Made by a program: the position numbers and the translations under genes. A model generated the notes under the pieces. The model was not told the origin of the DNA. It ran no database searches and saw nothing but the letters and a program-made list of their open reading frames with translations. Positions 1-13,746 of a stretch of DNA of 64,000 bases are shown piece after piece. The stretch comes from the human T2T-CHM13v2.0 reference genome, Homo sapiens: NCBI RefSeq assembly GCF_009914755.1, contig NC_060929.1; one strand, written 5' to 3'. The first letter of the stretch is position 1; each line of letters opens with the position of its first letter.

Positions 1-1597
1 CAATGAACTAATACAGAAAATTAGTATCAGAGAGAAGTGAAGCATTGCTATAGAGATACCTGAAAAATGTGGAAGCAACCTTGAAACTGGGTAAAAGGCA
101 GAGGCTGGAACAGTTTGGAAGGCTCAGAAGACAGGAGGATGAGGGAAAGTTCGAAATTTCCTAAAGACTTATTAAATTATTGTAACCAAAATGGTGATAG
201 TGATATGGACAATGAAGTCCAGGCTGAGGTGTTCTCAGATGGAGATGAGAAACTTATTGGAAACTGAAGTAAGGGTCACTTGGTCTATGTTTTTAGCAAA
301 GAGACTAACCACATTGTGCCCTTGCCCAAGAGATCTGTGGAACTTTGAACTTGAGCATGATGATTTAAGGTATCTGGCAGAAGAAATTTCTAAGTAGCAA
401 AGCATTCAAAATGTGGCCTGGCTGCCTATGCTCACCTGCATAAACAAAGAAATGACATGAAACTGGAACTTATATTTAACAGGGAAGTGGAGCATAAAAG
501 TTTAGAAAATTTGCAGCCTAGAGATGTGGTAGAAAAGAAAAACCCATTTTCTGGGAAGGAATTCAAGCTGTCTATGGAAATGTGCATAAGTAAAGAGGAG
601 TTGACTGTTAATAGCCAAGTTAATGGAGAAAATGTACCCAAGGCATTGCAGAGATCTTTGTAGCAGCCCCTCCCATCATAGACCTGAAGGCCTAGGAGGG
701 AAAATTGGTTTCGTGAGCCTGACCTAAGGCCCCACCCACTGCTCTGTGCAGCCTGAGGACATGGTGTCCTGTATCCCAGCAGCTCCAGCTCTAGTCATGG
801 CTAAAAGGGCCCCAGATACATCTCAGGCCACTGTTCCAGAGGGTGCAAGCCACAAGCCTTGGCAGATTCCATGTGGTGTGCAGCCTATGAGTACGTAGAA
901 GGCAAGAGTTGAGGTTGGAAGCCTCCACCTAGATTTCAGAGAATGTATGGAAATGCCTGGATATCCAGTCAGAAGTCTGCTGAAGGGGCAGAGCCCTCAT
1001 GGAGAACCTCTAGTAGGGAAGTGCAGAGGGGAAATGTGGGGTTTGAGCCCTCACATGAGTCCCCACTGGAGCACTGCCTAGTGGAGTTGTGAGAAGAAGG
1101 CCACTGTCTTCTAGAACCCCAAATGGTAGATCTACTGACAGCTTGCACTATGTGCCCATAAAAGCCACAGGTGCTTAACACCAGCCCGTGAAAGAAGCTG
1201 GGGAGGGGCTGTACTTTGCAGAGACACAGGGGCAGAGCTGCCCAAGGCCTTGGGAGCCCACCCCTTATATCATTGTGGCCTGGATGTAAGACAGAGTCAA
1301 AGGAGATGATTTTGGAGCTTTACAATTTAATGACTGCCCTGCTGGGTTTTGGACTTGCGTGGGGCCTGTAACCCCTTTACTAGCACTTCCCCCTTTGCGC
1401 TCTCTGTCTCCTGCTGGCCATGTAAATTTGTGCCTTGTTTCCCCTTCACCGTCTACCATGATTATAAGTTTCCCGAGGCCTCCCCAGCTATTCCTCCTGT
1501 TCAACCTGCAGAACTGTGAGTCAATTATACCGCTTTCCTTCATAAGTTCCCTAGACTCAAGTAGTTCTTTATAGCAGTGTGAGAATGGACTAATAAA
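1..1597 (+). mobile_element. ERVL-MaLR element (MSTA-like): end of 5' LTR, internal region and partial 3' LTR
   Basis: Bases 1-15 end in the LTR terminus ACTAATACA, followed by typical THE1/MST internal sequence (TGAAGTCCAGGCTGAGGTG, GAGATCTGTGGAACTTTGAACTTGAG). 1381-1597 match the 3' half of an MSTA LTR (CCTGCAGAACTGTGAGTCAATT...TTTATAGCAGTGTGAGAATGGACTAATA). Confidence 0.9.
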
Positions 1598-3464
1598 GTG
1601 GTATACCTGTGAAGTGCATGTTTTACACCATTTCAGGGTACCCTGGAAAGATTGGCCTATAATAACCTGTGGAGAAAATTTGCTTGATAAGGCACACAAC
1701 ACCTTTCCATCTCAATTCTCTACTACTTATTGTTGTTTTTTTGGGGTTATCTCCGAAATAAACAACTTACACTCAATTCTTTTTCTCAGTGTTGCTATTT
1801 TGAAGTATCCAATGTAATTTCATCCTTTTACTTTAAACACTGTAAATCTGGTACCATTTTCATATAAAATCTAGAGTTGCAGAGAAGTCTGTGAAAAACT
1901 TCAATATTATTTTGTTGGAAATTACCTTTTTTTCTTTATTCTTACATTTAAAAAATTGTCAACATGTATATTGATATGGGTGCTTTTCCTTTGATATTTT
2001 CTGAAACTTTATGAATTATTTTAATCTGTATATTTAGATCTCTAATTATCACTAAGAATTTTCTCTATTAAACATCTTATTGTTTCTATTCCATTTGTTC
2101 CAGTCTCATTTTCAGAAATACCTATAATTTTGGCATAAATTATCTAGCCTGTATTTCTATTATTTCAGTCTAATTATTTGATATTCAATAAGTTTCTCCT
2201 TGTCTTTAAGGAGAGCTTGCTTGTCTTTCATGTAATTGATTCCATCTCCTACAATCTGTTTTGTTTTCACGACTTCCAATGCAGCATTTTGCTTTTAATT
2301 TCCGTGCAATTTTCTCCAGTATCACTCTTTTCATCTTAAAAGGAAGTCTTTTATCTGTACCTATGCATTAGGCATATCTGCTCCTGTTACCTAGAGATTA
2401 CAACATTTAGCATCTTATTAAGATAAAAGTTGTTTTTCCAAAACTTTTTAGATCTTTTTAGAGATCATTTTTTCTGAGTTCAATTAGAAACTTCCTTGAA
2501 CTGTACTGTTTTCCAGTATCTCAAAAAGCATTCAAGTGAAATCTATCCTGAATTTACAGATTGTCACATGGTAGTTTGTGCATTGCCTTTTTCCCTCTCT
2601 GCCCACTTAGGTGCTGGTGAAATCTCTCCTCTGTTCTATAGATGAATGGTGTGTAAGTAGGTATGTCTTCCATACTCATTCAAAGTGGGTATGACTCTTA
2701 GTTTTGTTTCAGAGGCCAGCCTTTATCCTCTGTGGCTCATCTTACCTGAAATGGAAATGCAATAGAACTGCATTGTTTGGCTCTCTGATATTCAGAACAT
2801 CTGAAATACATGGCCATAATTCTTATATGTATGCATACATATGCATTTATGTTTTCTTGTCTTACTTGAAAAAATGATTTAAAACAATCCAATCCTAACT
2901 GTACATTCTAACAGGTCTCTTTCTTTGCCCAATTCTACTTAAAGTACTTTAATTTGATACCATACTTTTAGTTTAAAATATCGTTCTCGGGCTTCCTTCT
3001 TCTTTCTGTGTTGTTTTTATTTTACTTTTCTTTTATTTCCTGGAAGTGCAATTTCTAATCGATGCAGATACAGGTGAACACGTGAGTTCGTTGGTATATG
3101 CAAAGGCAGCCATACAGTAAAAGGATCCCTGTTCAATGTTCTGATTGGTGGAAATTTCAAATTCCTGAAACAGAGTCAACAAACATGTATACTAACTATT
3201 CTTTTTTGGCTTAATAAAATGATGAGCAGCCAATTATAATTTTTATTTCAGTATGTCACCCTTTATAATAGAAATTATATGCATATTTTTGAAATATTGA
3301 TTGTGATATTATCATATTATGCTTTCTTTTGTCTTCCTCCTTGTTGTCATAGTACTTTAATTAAGAGAAATTTTAGGATGCCACATTAGATGATGCCAAC
3401 CACCCTTAAGCTGGAAGTTGGAACATTGAGCTTTCTGAAGGGAAAACTTGCAGTAAGAATAATG

Positions 3465-3690
3465 ATGGTCTGGGTTCAGAAAGAAATGAATTGAAATCCT
3501 GACTCAAATATTTAACATCTCTGTGAATGTGAGCAAGTTGTTTCACTCCCAGAGCCCCAATTTCCTCATGAGAAAGGGCAGTAATAATGTTTATCACAAA
3601 AAGCTGTTGAGAAGGCTAAATGAGAGTGTTATGCAAAGTGCTTAGTACAGTGTCTGACACAAAAGCATTCAATGAACATGGCTACCATTT
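3465..3690 (+). mobile_element. MIR SINE
   Basis: MIR core (AAATCCTGACTC...GAGCAAGTTG...TTTCCTCAT) and 3' part AAAGTGCTTAGTACAGTGTCTGACACA. Confidence 0.75.
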
Positions 3691-4262
3691 AGCCATGAGT
3701 TGGTCTGCTTCTGAGATGCCTTCTCCTGGATGGCGTGAAAGTAACTCAAATAACCTATCCCAAATCAAATGTATCATCAACTCCCCTATCCCTGCCCTAT
3801 TTCTCTTCCAGATTTTCCTTCAATGTGCATATTAGATAAAAATCCAGAAAATTAGAGAAGTGGTTTGTCACTCCTTGTCTATACTTTCCCATCAATGCTA
3901 TGTCAAACTACACAGGGATATAACGTTTCATTCTAATCATGTAATCTCACTGAAGTTTAATTTTCCTATCTGTGAAAAAAGGGCAAGAACAGATGATTTT
4001 TGAGGTCCTTCTCCTCTCAAAAATTATGGGGTTTTAAGTTAAAATGAGGTGTTTTTTTTTTTTTTTTAAAGATTATTGCTTGATGTTTTGTGTGGAGAGG
4101 TAAAGGAAGGGGAATAAATCTAGCAGATCTTCGACACTCTTAGGAATGTCCTAGATAATCACTTTTTATTCCTTGCCATTTTATTTTTGGGGGATCATTT
4201 ATTTGATACTGGATGACATGCTACTTTATATTAATATTTTCATATATGTAAACCTCTTTTTG

Positions 4263-4388
4263 CTAATTAGATTGTGAGCCCCAAGATGGGCAAGACCATG
4301 ACTTACATTTCTTTCTTTGTTGCCAGCAAAGTAATATGACCATAGAAGATTCTCAGTAAATATTTGTAGAATAAATGAAAGAATAAAT
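4263..4388 (+). mobile_element. L2 LINE 3' end
   Basis: TAGATTGTGAGCCCC...CTCAGTAAATATTTGTAGAATAAATGAA, typical of the L2 terminus. Confidence 0.65.
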
Positions 4389-4429
4389 ATATAGAATTAA
4401 CAGTCCCTGCAGGGAGAGATGCATCTTAA

Positions 4430-5235
4430 ATTATTTTATTGTATACATCTTTTTATGGGCAGATATTTTCTTTTTTCTTAGTAAAATTCCTGGGAACAGA
4501 ATTGCTAGGTCACAAGACGGATTCACTATAATCGATTGCCAAAGCTTTTTCCAAAGGTGTTGTGTCATTTATACTTCCACCAAATGTGTGAGAGTTCCAG
4601 TTGTTCCACATCTTCATCTACATTTGATTTTGTCAGATTTTTAAATTTATGATAGTAGGGTGTGTTTGTGTGTGTGTGTTATCTCATTGTCATTTGTTAA
4701 AGTCTTTTGCCTATTTTTATTGAATTGTCCTTTCATTAATTTATAGTAACAAAACATATTTTATTACTACATGTTATGCCATATATAAAGTATATCTAGC
4801 ATGATTACTATATAGATATAATATAGAGAGTTCCTTATATATTCTGACTATAAATCCTTTGTAAGATGTATTTAATACTTTATCCCAATTTGTAGCATAC
4901 CTATTTATTTTATTAATGCTCGTCTGTTAAGCAGTAAAGTTTTAAATTTTGACTAAGCATAATTTATTATTATTATATTCTTTTATGATTCTTGCTTTCT
5001 GTGTTCTATGTCTGCCTACTCCTAGGTAATGAACACTTTCTTCTAGAAGCTTTATAGATTTAGCTCTTATGCTTAAGTCTATGATTCAACTCAAATTAAT
5101 TTTTGTATTTGGTGTGAGGTATGGGTTAAGGCTTTTTCTCCCCCATATGGATATCCAGTTGTTTCAGTGACATTCATTAAAATAATATTCCTTTACTCCA
5201 TTGAATTGCTTTGTGAAAAATTAATTTTAAGTATG
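4430..5235 (-). mobile_element. Ancient L1M (L1ME-like) fragment, 3' ORF2 region
   Basis: Antisense L1 motifs (GAATTGCTAGGTCA, GAGAGTTCCAGTTGTTCCACATC, ATGGATATCCAGTTGTTTCAG); highly diverged. Confidence 0.65.
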
Positions 5236-8020
5236 AATTAACTTGTTTAAGCATTTTCTTTCTTAATAGATTATTTTAATAGAAGAGTATTAATTGCTGA
5301 GTCAAATTCACAATACAGGACTATTCTTATAATAAATTTTAAAGTTATCATTTGTAGCTAAAATAGTTTTAATAAAAAGATTTACATTGAAGGCCTGCTT
5401 ATATTTGAGTGAGGCCACATGAGAGATAATGGAATGGACAAATACAATGGAAAGGAACGGCAAGAGGTATAAATGAGCCATAAGATGCCATGGTCAAAGT
5501 AGGTAGAGAGATAAGGAAACAGAGAAGGGGGAAGGAAATGTAGACCACACACATATAATACTGAAGAACATGGAAGACAATTTTAAATTTTTGGTTAAGA
5601 AAAATAAATTTTAAGATTTTTGAAATCTACCTATTCCTAAAGATTTAGTTTTATACCTTATAGTTCTTTAACTGGACTCAGTTTGACAGAGGGACAAATG
5701 AACACAAATTGTAGTCATGAAATGTTGCATAAGCCCCAATTTACTGTCTGTCACACTTTTCCAGTTCATTGCTTCTGCTGACAAAAATATAAATTTTTCC
5801 CCCAGGGATGAACAGATGGAGATCACTATTTCACCTTGAAATAACTTTTCCACTTACCTATACACAGTCTTTATTTGAGAGAAAACTATCTGCTGGGTTG
5901 GGTTTGCTGGAAAATTTAAGGCTGCAGTAGTTGTATAGGAGAGTACTTATCATAAATCATGATGGAATATTGGTTAATCAGCTATATAACTGACTCACTG
6001 TCTTCTTGCCTGGAGGTTTCTTGTCCTATCCCATCTTCTATATGTATTCTAAGATTCTGCCCAATGCTGTGGATTGCAGTTAAGCAAGCATGCAGTGCTG
6101 ACAGTCAGCAGGGTCATTTCCCATCTATTTGATCCTCACATTCTCTAGATATGCTCTAAATTAATGACAAATTGATAATCAGAAAATGCTTACATGAAGC
6201 ATATACTGCACTGATCTTTTCAGAGAAAAAGTTGCCTCCTTAAAAAACATCCACTGTTGGCAGGTAGAGAGTTTATGTAAAAAATATATTGGGCATCTCT
6301 TGGAGTGGCTTGTCAATTTAGATCCTCTTCTCTTTCACAGTGACAGTCTTTTTATATTTAATTTTTTGTCAAAACTAATATTTTTATTTGAAAATAAAAT
6401 CCTTAATATGACATGCAGAATTCCCACCAAGCTTGCCTTTTTTGAGGCAACAAAATAGACTTCATATTATCAATAGAAGAGAAATGTAAACATAGGCCAG
6501 TTTATAAGCCGAAAAACTTAATTTTGCTTATATTATTATGGTTAAATATATCATCTTGGGAATAAATTTTTTCTTCTTAAAGTGGTGCTTGATTACACTA
6601 ATTTTAAATGACTTTTTTGGACATGCAGCTGTATGAGTTAAATACTGCATATATAGTAGTAGCATGCTACTATAAAGTAGCAGAAAAAATTTTAGCCTGA
6701 ATTTTATTTTGGAACAAAAGAAAAGTAAAATAATGAATTTCTGTTTTCTCCTATAGGATAGAATTCAGCATATTTAAGTACTTTATGATATTAATTTTTC
6801 ACCTCATCTCAGGAGAAGGAATTGACTTTATGATCTATAAAATACAAAACAAGGACCTTAGGAGATTTTTTAAATAATAATATTATTAACCACTATATTT
6901 TATGATTTTATTTACAGATTTTTTTATATATATAGGATGCTGTTTTGTAAATGGACTGAGGGGAGAGGTAAGAATTCCTGGCTTTGAAAATTACTAGTGC
7001 TCTGGGGAATTGTTAAAGTTACAAGCTAACTAAGAGGAATATTTTCTATCTTTTCTAACCATAGCTGCAGGTCTCTTCATTTAAAAATAAGCCTTGGTTT
7101 GTTTTTAATTCCAAAACCAACATCTGCATATCAAATAAGCAAAAGTGATCATCTGTGGGTGGGCCTTCAACCACGATTTAACAAAGGCTTTGACACAAGC
7201 ATTAAGGGTCTCCTGCCTTACTCTGCTTCAGCTTAAGCCAATGAGGGGGACACACAGATGTAGAATTAACTTCCTCCCCTTTCTTCTCTCCTTCCCCTGC
7301 TTTGTGCAATAAATTAGATTTTGTGGTAATTTTGTGCCATTGGAAACTAGTAGATTCTTACGATTCATGCAACAATCTGAAGATAATTTTTTATGGAGCT
7401 GATCTTGTTCTCTTTCTCTTAATTTAAAGCCTTCTTTCTCTTTCCCGTAAAGTACTGAAAAGTATGTGGTAAGCTGGTATTGTGCGTTTACTATTCAGCA
7501 AGATGCAAAAAATATAAAAATATTATTTTACATATTTTAAAAATTTTACTTAGAATTACTCTACAATGTAAAGGATTAAACCTCTGATTGTTCATATTAC
7601 TTTTTCAGGGACACAAAGGATACAGCCAGGATTAGGAATCAAGTAGCTCAGTTTCTATCTAGTCTGCAGCTTTATGTATGGTACACACCTTTGCCTTGAA
7701 ATCAGTTGATAAAATTTTCTTTAGAGACAGGAAATATATTCAATAAATAGATAATATGATATGCAGTTTACTGTCAGAAAGAGTGATAATAGACTTCAAT
7801 TCTATAAATAAGCCCTCCCAAAATTTTATAACATGGACTAATAACTTCACAAAGAGTTGCCAGTAGTTATTCTAATTTTGGACATTGGAAAATCTAGGTT
7901 AGAGTTAAAACTAGTTCCTTTACTGCTACACTTGACAAAACTCTGTACTAATCTACATTCCCAGGAACAATATAAAAGAATTTCACTTACTCCACATTCA
8001 GGCCAATACATGGTATTGTC

Positions 8021-8057
<37 letters not shown>

Positions 8058-8308
8058 CCATTCTAATGGGTACATGTTGGTGCCTCCTTAAGGTTTTTAA
8101 TTTTTATTTTCCTGATAACTAGTAATGTTGAGCATTTTCATGTTATCATTTATTCACTTATCTTCTTTGATGAAATGTCTGCTGAAATAATGTTTTAAGT
8201 TTGAATTGAGTTTTTAAAATTAGTATTAAATTATTCTTTGTATATTTTAAATACGACTCATTTGTCAGATGTCTATATTTTCTTCGTCTGTGGTTTACCA
8301 TTTTATTT

Positions 8309-8690
<382 letters not shown>

Positions 8691-9076
8691 TAAATCTAAC
8701 ATTTATTTGTGGTCTTCACTTTTTAGTGTGTTCTATATAAAAAAAAATATCTTTCCCAAGGTCAAAAAGATTTTTCTTCTGTTTACTTCTAGAAGCTGTA
8801 TATTATTTGCTTTGCTGCCTAGCCAATGATCTGGCTCAAGTTAGTTTTTGCTTATGGTATAAGGTAGTGGTCTATGCTCATTTCGTTATCCCCATATGGA
8901 TGTTTGTTATTTCAGCATAATTTAGTGTAAAAACTATAAATCACCATTTAATTACCTTGGCACCTTTGTTAAAAATCAATTTACTATATTAATCTGATTT
9001 TATTGCTTTTGCATACATTATGTCTATCTGTAAAACAATATTACACTATCTTTATTATGGTCATTTTCTAGTATGT

Positions 9077-9419
9077 TGCTATAGACTGAAGGTTTGTGTC
9101 CCCCCAAAATTCATATGTTGAAACCTAATTCCCAATATGATGGTACTAGAAGGTGAGCCTTTGGGTGGTGATGAGGTCATGAAGGCAGAACTCTCATGGA
9201 TGGGATTACTGTCCTTACAGAAGAGGCTTGAAAGTCCCTTTGACCACGTGAGGACACAAGGAGAAGATAGTTGTCTGTACTAGGAAGCAGGTCCTCAAAA
9301 GACAGAATTTGCTGGTCTTGGTCTGCCCAGCTTCCAAAACTGAGAGAAATAAGTTTCTGTTGTTTATAAGCCATCTAGTCTATGATCTTTTGTTACAGCA
9401 TCCTGAATGGATGAAGGTA
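9077..9419 (+). mobile_element. MLT1A0-like solo LTR (MaLR)
   Basis: Starts TGCTATAGACTGAAGGTTTGTGTCCCCCCAAAATTCATATGTTGAA; contains AGAAATAAGTTTCTGTTGTTTATAAGCCA; 5-bp TSD TATGT at 9072-9076 and 9420-9424. Confidence 0.9.
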
Positions 9420-10861
9420 TATGTCTTGAAATTAGGCAGGATATGTCTTCTAACTGTTTCCAAATTATTTTGACTATCTTAGGTCTCTTGCATTTCCATA
9501 TAAATTCTGGAATCAGTTTGTCAATTCCTACAAAGAGCTTACTGGTTTTAGTTCCTATTGCTTAGAATCTATAGTTGGATTTGTCAAAAACTGATGGCTT
9601 TACATAACTGAGTGTGTAGATTCATGAACATGGTACATCTTTCCACTTAGGTCTTATTTAATTTCTCTTATTGATAGTTTATTGTTTTTGGTGTAGAAAT
9701 TTTAAAAAATATAATTTACTTCATTTCTATTACATGTTTTGAGATTCTATGGTAAATATATTTAATATTCATATTTTATATTTTAACTCCTAGTAAATGG
9801 AAATATACTTAATATTGACTTTAAATCCTATGACCTTGCTAAACACAGTTATTAGTTCTAGTAGAGTTTCTTCTCTATAATCCCTAGAATTCTCTGCATA
9901 CATATTCATGTCATCTGAGAATAATTTTTTTTATTTCCAGGCTTATTGCACTACCCAAGATATCCCATAAAATTTTAAATCTAAGTAGTGAGCATGGACA
10001 TCCTTGTCTAGTTTCTTATCTTAAGGAGAAAGCATTCAGTAGTAAAAGCATTCACAAGTAAATGTGTTATCTGTAGGTTTTCATAGATATTATTATCAAG
10101 TTAAGGATATTGACTCTATTACTATAATACTATTACAGTCCATGTCTAGATCACTATATTTATCTATCTATAGCAATTAGTTTAATAAGTACTGTCTTTG
10201 AGGACACTCATTTTGAGAGTCACAGGACAATCTCTTGATAAACATTGTACTGCCTTTTCAATAAAACTCCTATGTTGCATTTTTAATATATATTTTATAC
10301 AATTATTTCTTTTAAGTTATTTCTCCCTCATCCTTTACATATGTAGGTGATTTCCATTTGCATTCTCTTGCATGTACTGTTTATTTTATTTCTGTATTTA
10401 ATTTTTGGCTAAATTTTTTCTCTCATGGTAGACATAAGTAACACAAGAGGTCATAATCTTATCAATTATATTTTTTATGTGAAAACTTACTTATTTACAT
10501 GAGTATAAAGTCTTTTAAACTTGAATGCTGTTGTGTAATTATAAAACATTATTAAAAATTCACTTGAAATATACAAAATTGAAAGAAAGTCAGTAACTTT
10601 CTACTAGCTTTATTGTCTTCACATTCAGATTAAAATTTTTCTTACCGTGTGGTAAAACATTTAAATTGGTTTTTGATAAATTATTATTCCAAATATTACA
10701 AAAGTTTAGTCTATTAGGCTGACTATAATGCATGCCAAGGTAATTTTGTCTAGAATGTTCAGTCCCTTTTAGCATTTTCTCTTTATTTTCTATATTTATT
10801 GTATCATTTATAGTAAAGCATCTTTATGCCAAGGCTCAGATGTCACTAAATAGTGATCCTC

Positions 10862-10986
10862 TTTTTTGTTTTAAAGACAGGGTCTCACACTGTTGCTCAG
10901 GCTGGTCTTAAACTCCTGGCCTCAAGCAATCCTCCAACTTGTCTCCCAAAGTACTGAAATTACAGTGTAAGCCACCATGCCTGGTC
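10862..10986 (-). mobile_element. FLAM (free left Alu monomer)
   Basis: Single Alu left arm in antisense, about 125 bp, with T-rich tail. Confidence 0.85.
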
Positions 10987-11467
10987 CCCCACCCACCTTT
11001 TTTAAACAGCATAACTAATTTCAGGAAGGCTTTAAAACTTTTGTAATTCATATGACTTGTATTTTTTCTCAACATAATCAGATAAAGAAACGAAAAAGAA
11101 AAATGTCAAACTTTTTCACTTCCTCAGTTCACAATTCTCTCTTTTTTCTACAATGATTTATTTTTAAAAATGATAAAATTTATTAGCTTAGCTGTTAATT
11201 TAATAAACACATTAAATAAGAACCAAAAATAATGTATTTATATAACCTTATGTTTCCTCAGGAATAAGTCAATACTGAAAAACTTATCTACAGAATTTTG
11301 AAGTTTTACCCCTTGGTCCCAATATTCATCATTTCACATGGTACCTTAAATATGCTTTTGAGCACATGAATTCATTCATAAAAGAATGTTCAGTTTTCAA
11401 CTTTTATTCCACCTTTTTTTTATTTCATTACCTAAGAAATAACTGTTTATTTTAATCTGCAGGGGAT

Positions 11468-11692
11468 AGTACAGTAGTAAGCATGCAGGCACCAAGCATG
11501 CAGACTATCTGATTCAAACCTCTACTTCTTCACAAATTAACTACACATTCTTGGCATATGTATTTAATTCATTTATACATATACTTTATAACCATATCTC
11601 ATCCAATTCATAATGTAGTTGCTAAGATCAAATAATGTTTTTTTGATAAAGTGAATACCATAGTGCCTTGTACAAAGAGCACAGTAATTACT
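11468..11692 (+). mobile_element. MIR-like SINE, diverged
   Basis: GATTCAAACC B-box-like motif and CATAGTGCCTTGTACA 3' motif. Confidence 0.45.
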
Positions 11693-13370
11693 GCCTTAAC
11701 CTTATATCTCATATACGAAGAACAGATCAACATAAAACTAGACCAACGTTAAAAATACCTTTTTAAACATTTTATTGTATACTGTACGTATGTTTCATAT
11801 GCAAATATATATTAACAGAAACTGTCATATAACACATCTTTGTACATTACAAGTTATTGTGAACAACTGGCCAGGTAACAAGCATTATTTTTAATGACAT
11901 CTGCATTCCAACATTTTTTAAAATTTATCTTTGAACATTGAGGTTGTTTCAATGTACAATTAAATACTTCTAAATATAACCTAACTTAAAAATGTATGAT
12001 AAACACAATATCATCCATTTGTGGACATAAGATGAATATATATTTTGAAACAATTAATGGGCTTATAGAAAAACAGAGAAAGTCCTGTTTATTATTATTC
12101 ATACTACTCACCAAAAAGACTTCTGTTTTGCCTTCAGTGTTTCCTATTACAAACCCTAGGATGAATGTTGATGAAGGCAGTCAATTCTTCATCCATTCTA
12201 GGACCTGATATTTCAGTAATTACATTAAAGAAAAGCATCAGCAATACTAAATGACCTTGATTATACTGAATGCGAGACGAATGATTAAAAGTCTGGATGA
12301 GGCATTAATTTTCTACCTAATTGTTGTATAATTTCAAATGACTATTCTATTTATTTCCCCCTCTGGGTAAAGTTATTTTGGATGAAATAAAAATTACATT
12401 GGAATAATTGGCAAAGATCATGGATAGAAACACTGTTACTCAGCAAGGGACCTAGCTGAACAGCCTTGTCAAAGTAGGTTAGGAAATTTCTGATGACTAT
12501 AGCCAGTGTGGCCACATTTTTAAAGATAGCAATCCATTATCACTTCTCTTCTGCCACGTGAAAAAAGAAGTCAGCCCTCAGAATCTGATTTTCTCCTGGG
12601 GTGACGTGGCACTGCTCAGAAAGCAATGAAACATCTCTTTCCTAAAATATGAACTATCGGATGACAAACTCTAAACCCAAATCTTGTTGTTTTGTTCCTC
12701 ATCCATTGTGTATCTAAGGATATAGAAAACTTAAATAATTTTTATTCTCCTATATTTGAATTTAATTTTATTTTGATTATGTCAGTAGTAAAAACAAAAT
12801 CAGCTGCAATTATTTTCTAAATGATGTAATATGCCCGACGGATGCCAAAAAGGGGTGTATGGTATATATATCATAGTTTTATAGTTTTATATGTATATAG
12901 TGGTTTATATAATAGTATTGATATATTATGTATATGTTTTATATATATGTAGTTACTTATAGGTATGTAGTTACATAGAGAGAAGATATAACACTTTTTT
13001 GTTGGTATGCGAAGAGCCTATGAGTATAAGAACAGTTGTAAAAAAGACTCTTTGGTAACGGGAAATTGGTAAGTCTCAGTTTGGTGATATTATCATTTAT
13101 TTAAATCAGCAAAAATCTTAAAATTCATTGTGGTAAAATTACTCAAGGGACTAAACTCAGAAGAGAATTTGCTTTCTTAGTGTAGAAATTCACTCAAAGA
13201 AAGATGACTAGTTTTCTTTTAGTTCTTCTAGAAACAGATTCTTAAAAATGAATTCATAGGATGAATTTCAATTCCTAATATTATACTTTTGCAGAAAAAA
13301 GCCTTATAAAAAGGCTTTATTTTGAAAAAAATCTTAGAATATTTTCAGTTTATCAAATAAATTTAGTGAT

Positions 13371-13746
13371 TATGGCAGAGACAGTCATTACTCATTGGCC
13401 ATCCATATGCAATCCACATTTCCTTCATCGTTGGAACTAATATTGACCAATGGATTGTGAGTGGAAATAAGAAGTATGACTTGAAACAATTAAGAACCAG
13501 TGCGTGACTCTCCAACTTCCCTCTGCTTTGTCATTGAAACCAATGAGGCAATGGAGCAGCTACAAGATACTGTAGTTTCTGACAACTTGGGTCACTGAGT
13601 AGTTGTGTAGAAGAGGGATTTTCCCCAGTAATTCACATGGAATGTGTCCTTTGAGCAAGAAAGAAACTACTTGCTGTAATAAGTCACTGAGATTTCAGGA
13701 TTATTCTATTACTGCAGCATAAACTGGGCTATCCAAATTAATCCAG
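13371..13746 (+). mobile_element. MLT1J-like solo LTR
   Basis: Starts TATGGCAGAGAC and ends GAGCAAGAAAGAAAC...AAGTCACTGAGATTTC...TTACTGCAGCATAA...CTATCC. Confidence 0.7.

Noticed and set aside
191-663. Two 68-aa ORFs
   Set aside because: Broken remnants of the MaLR internal ORF, not a cellular gene
6657-6672. Perfect 16-bp palindrome TAGTAGCATGCTACTA
   Set aside because: About one such palindrome is expected by chance in 64 kb
11740-11960. Minus-strand AATAAA with U/GU-rich downstream sequence, resembling a transcript 3' end
   Set aside because: AATAAA is very common at this AT content and the stretch could be an old L1ME 3' remnant; no supporting last exon
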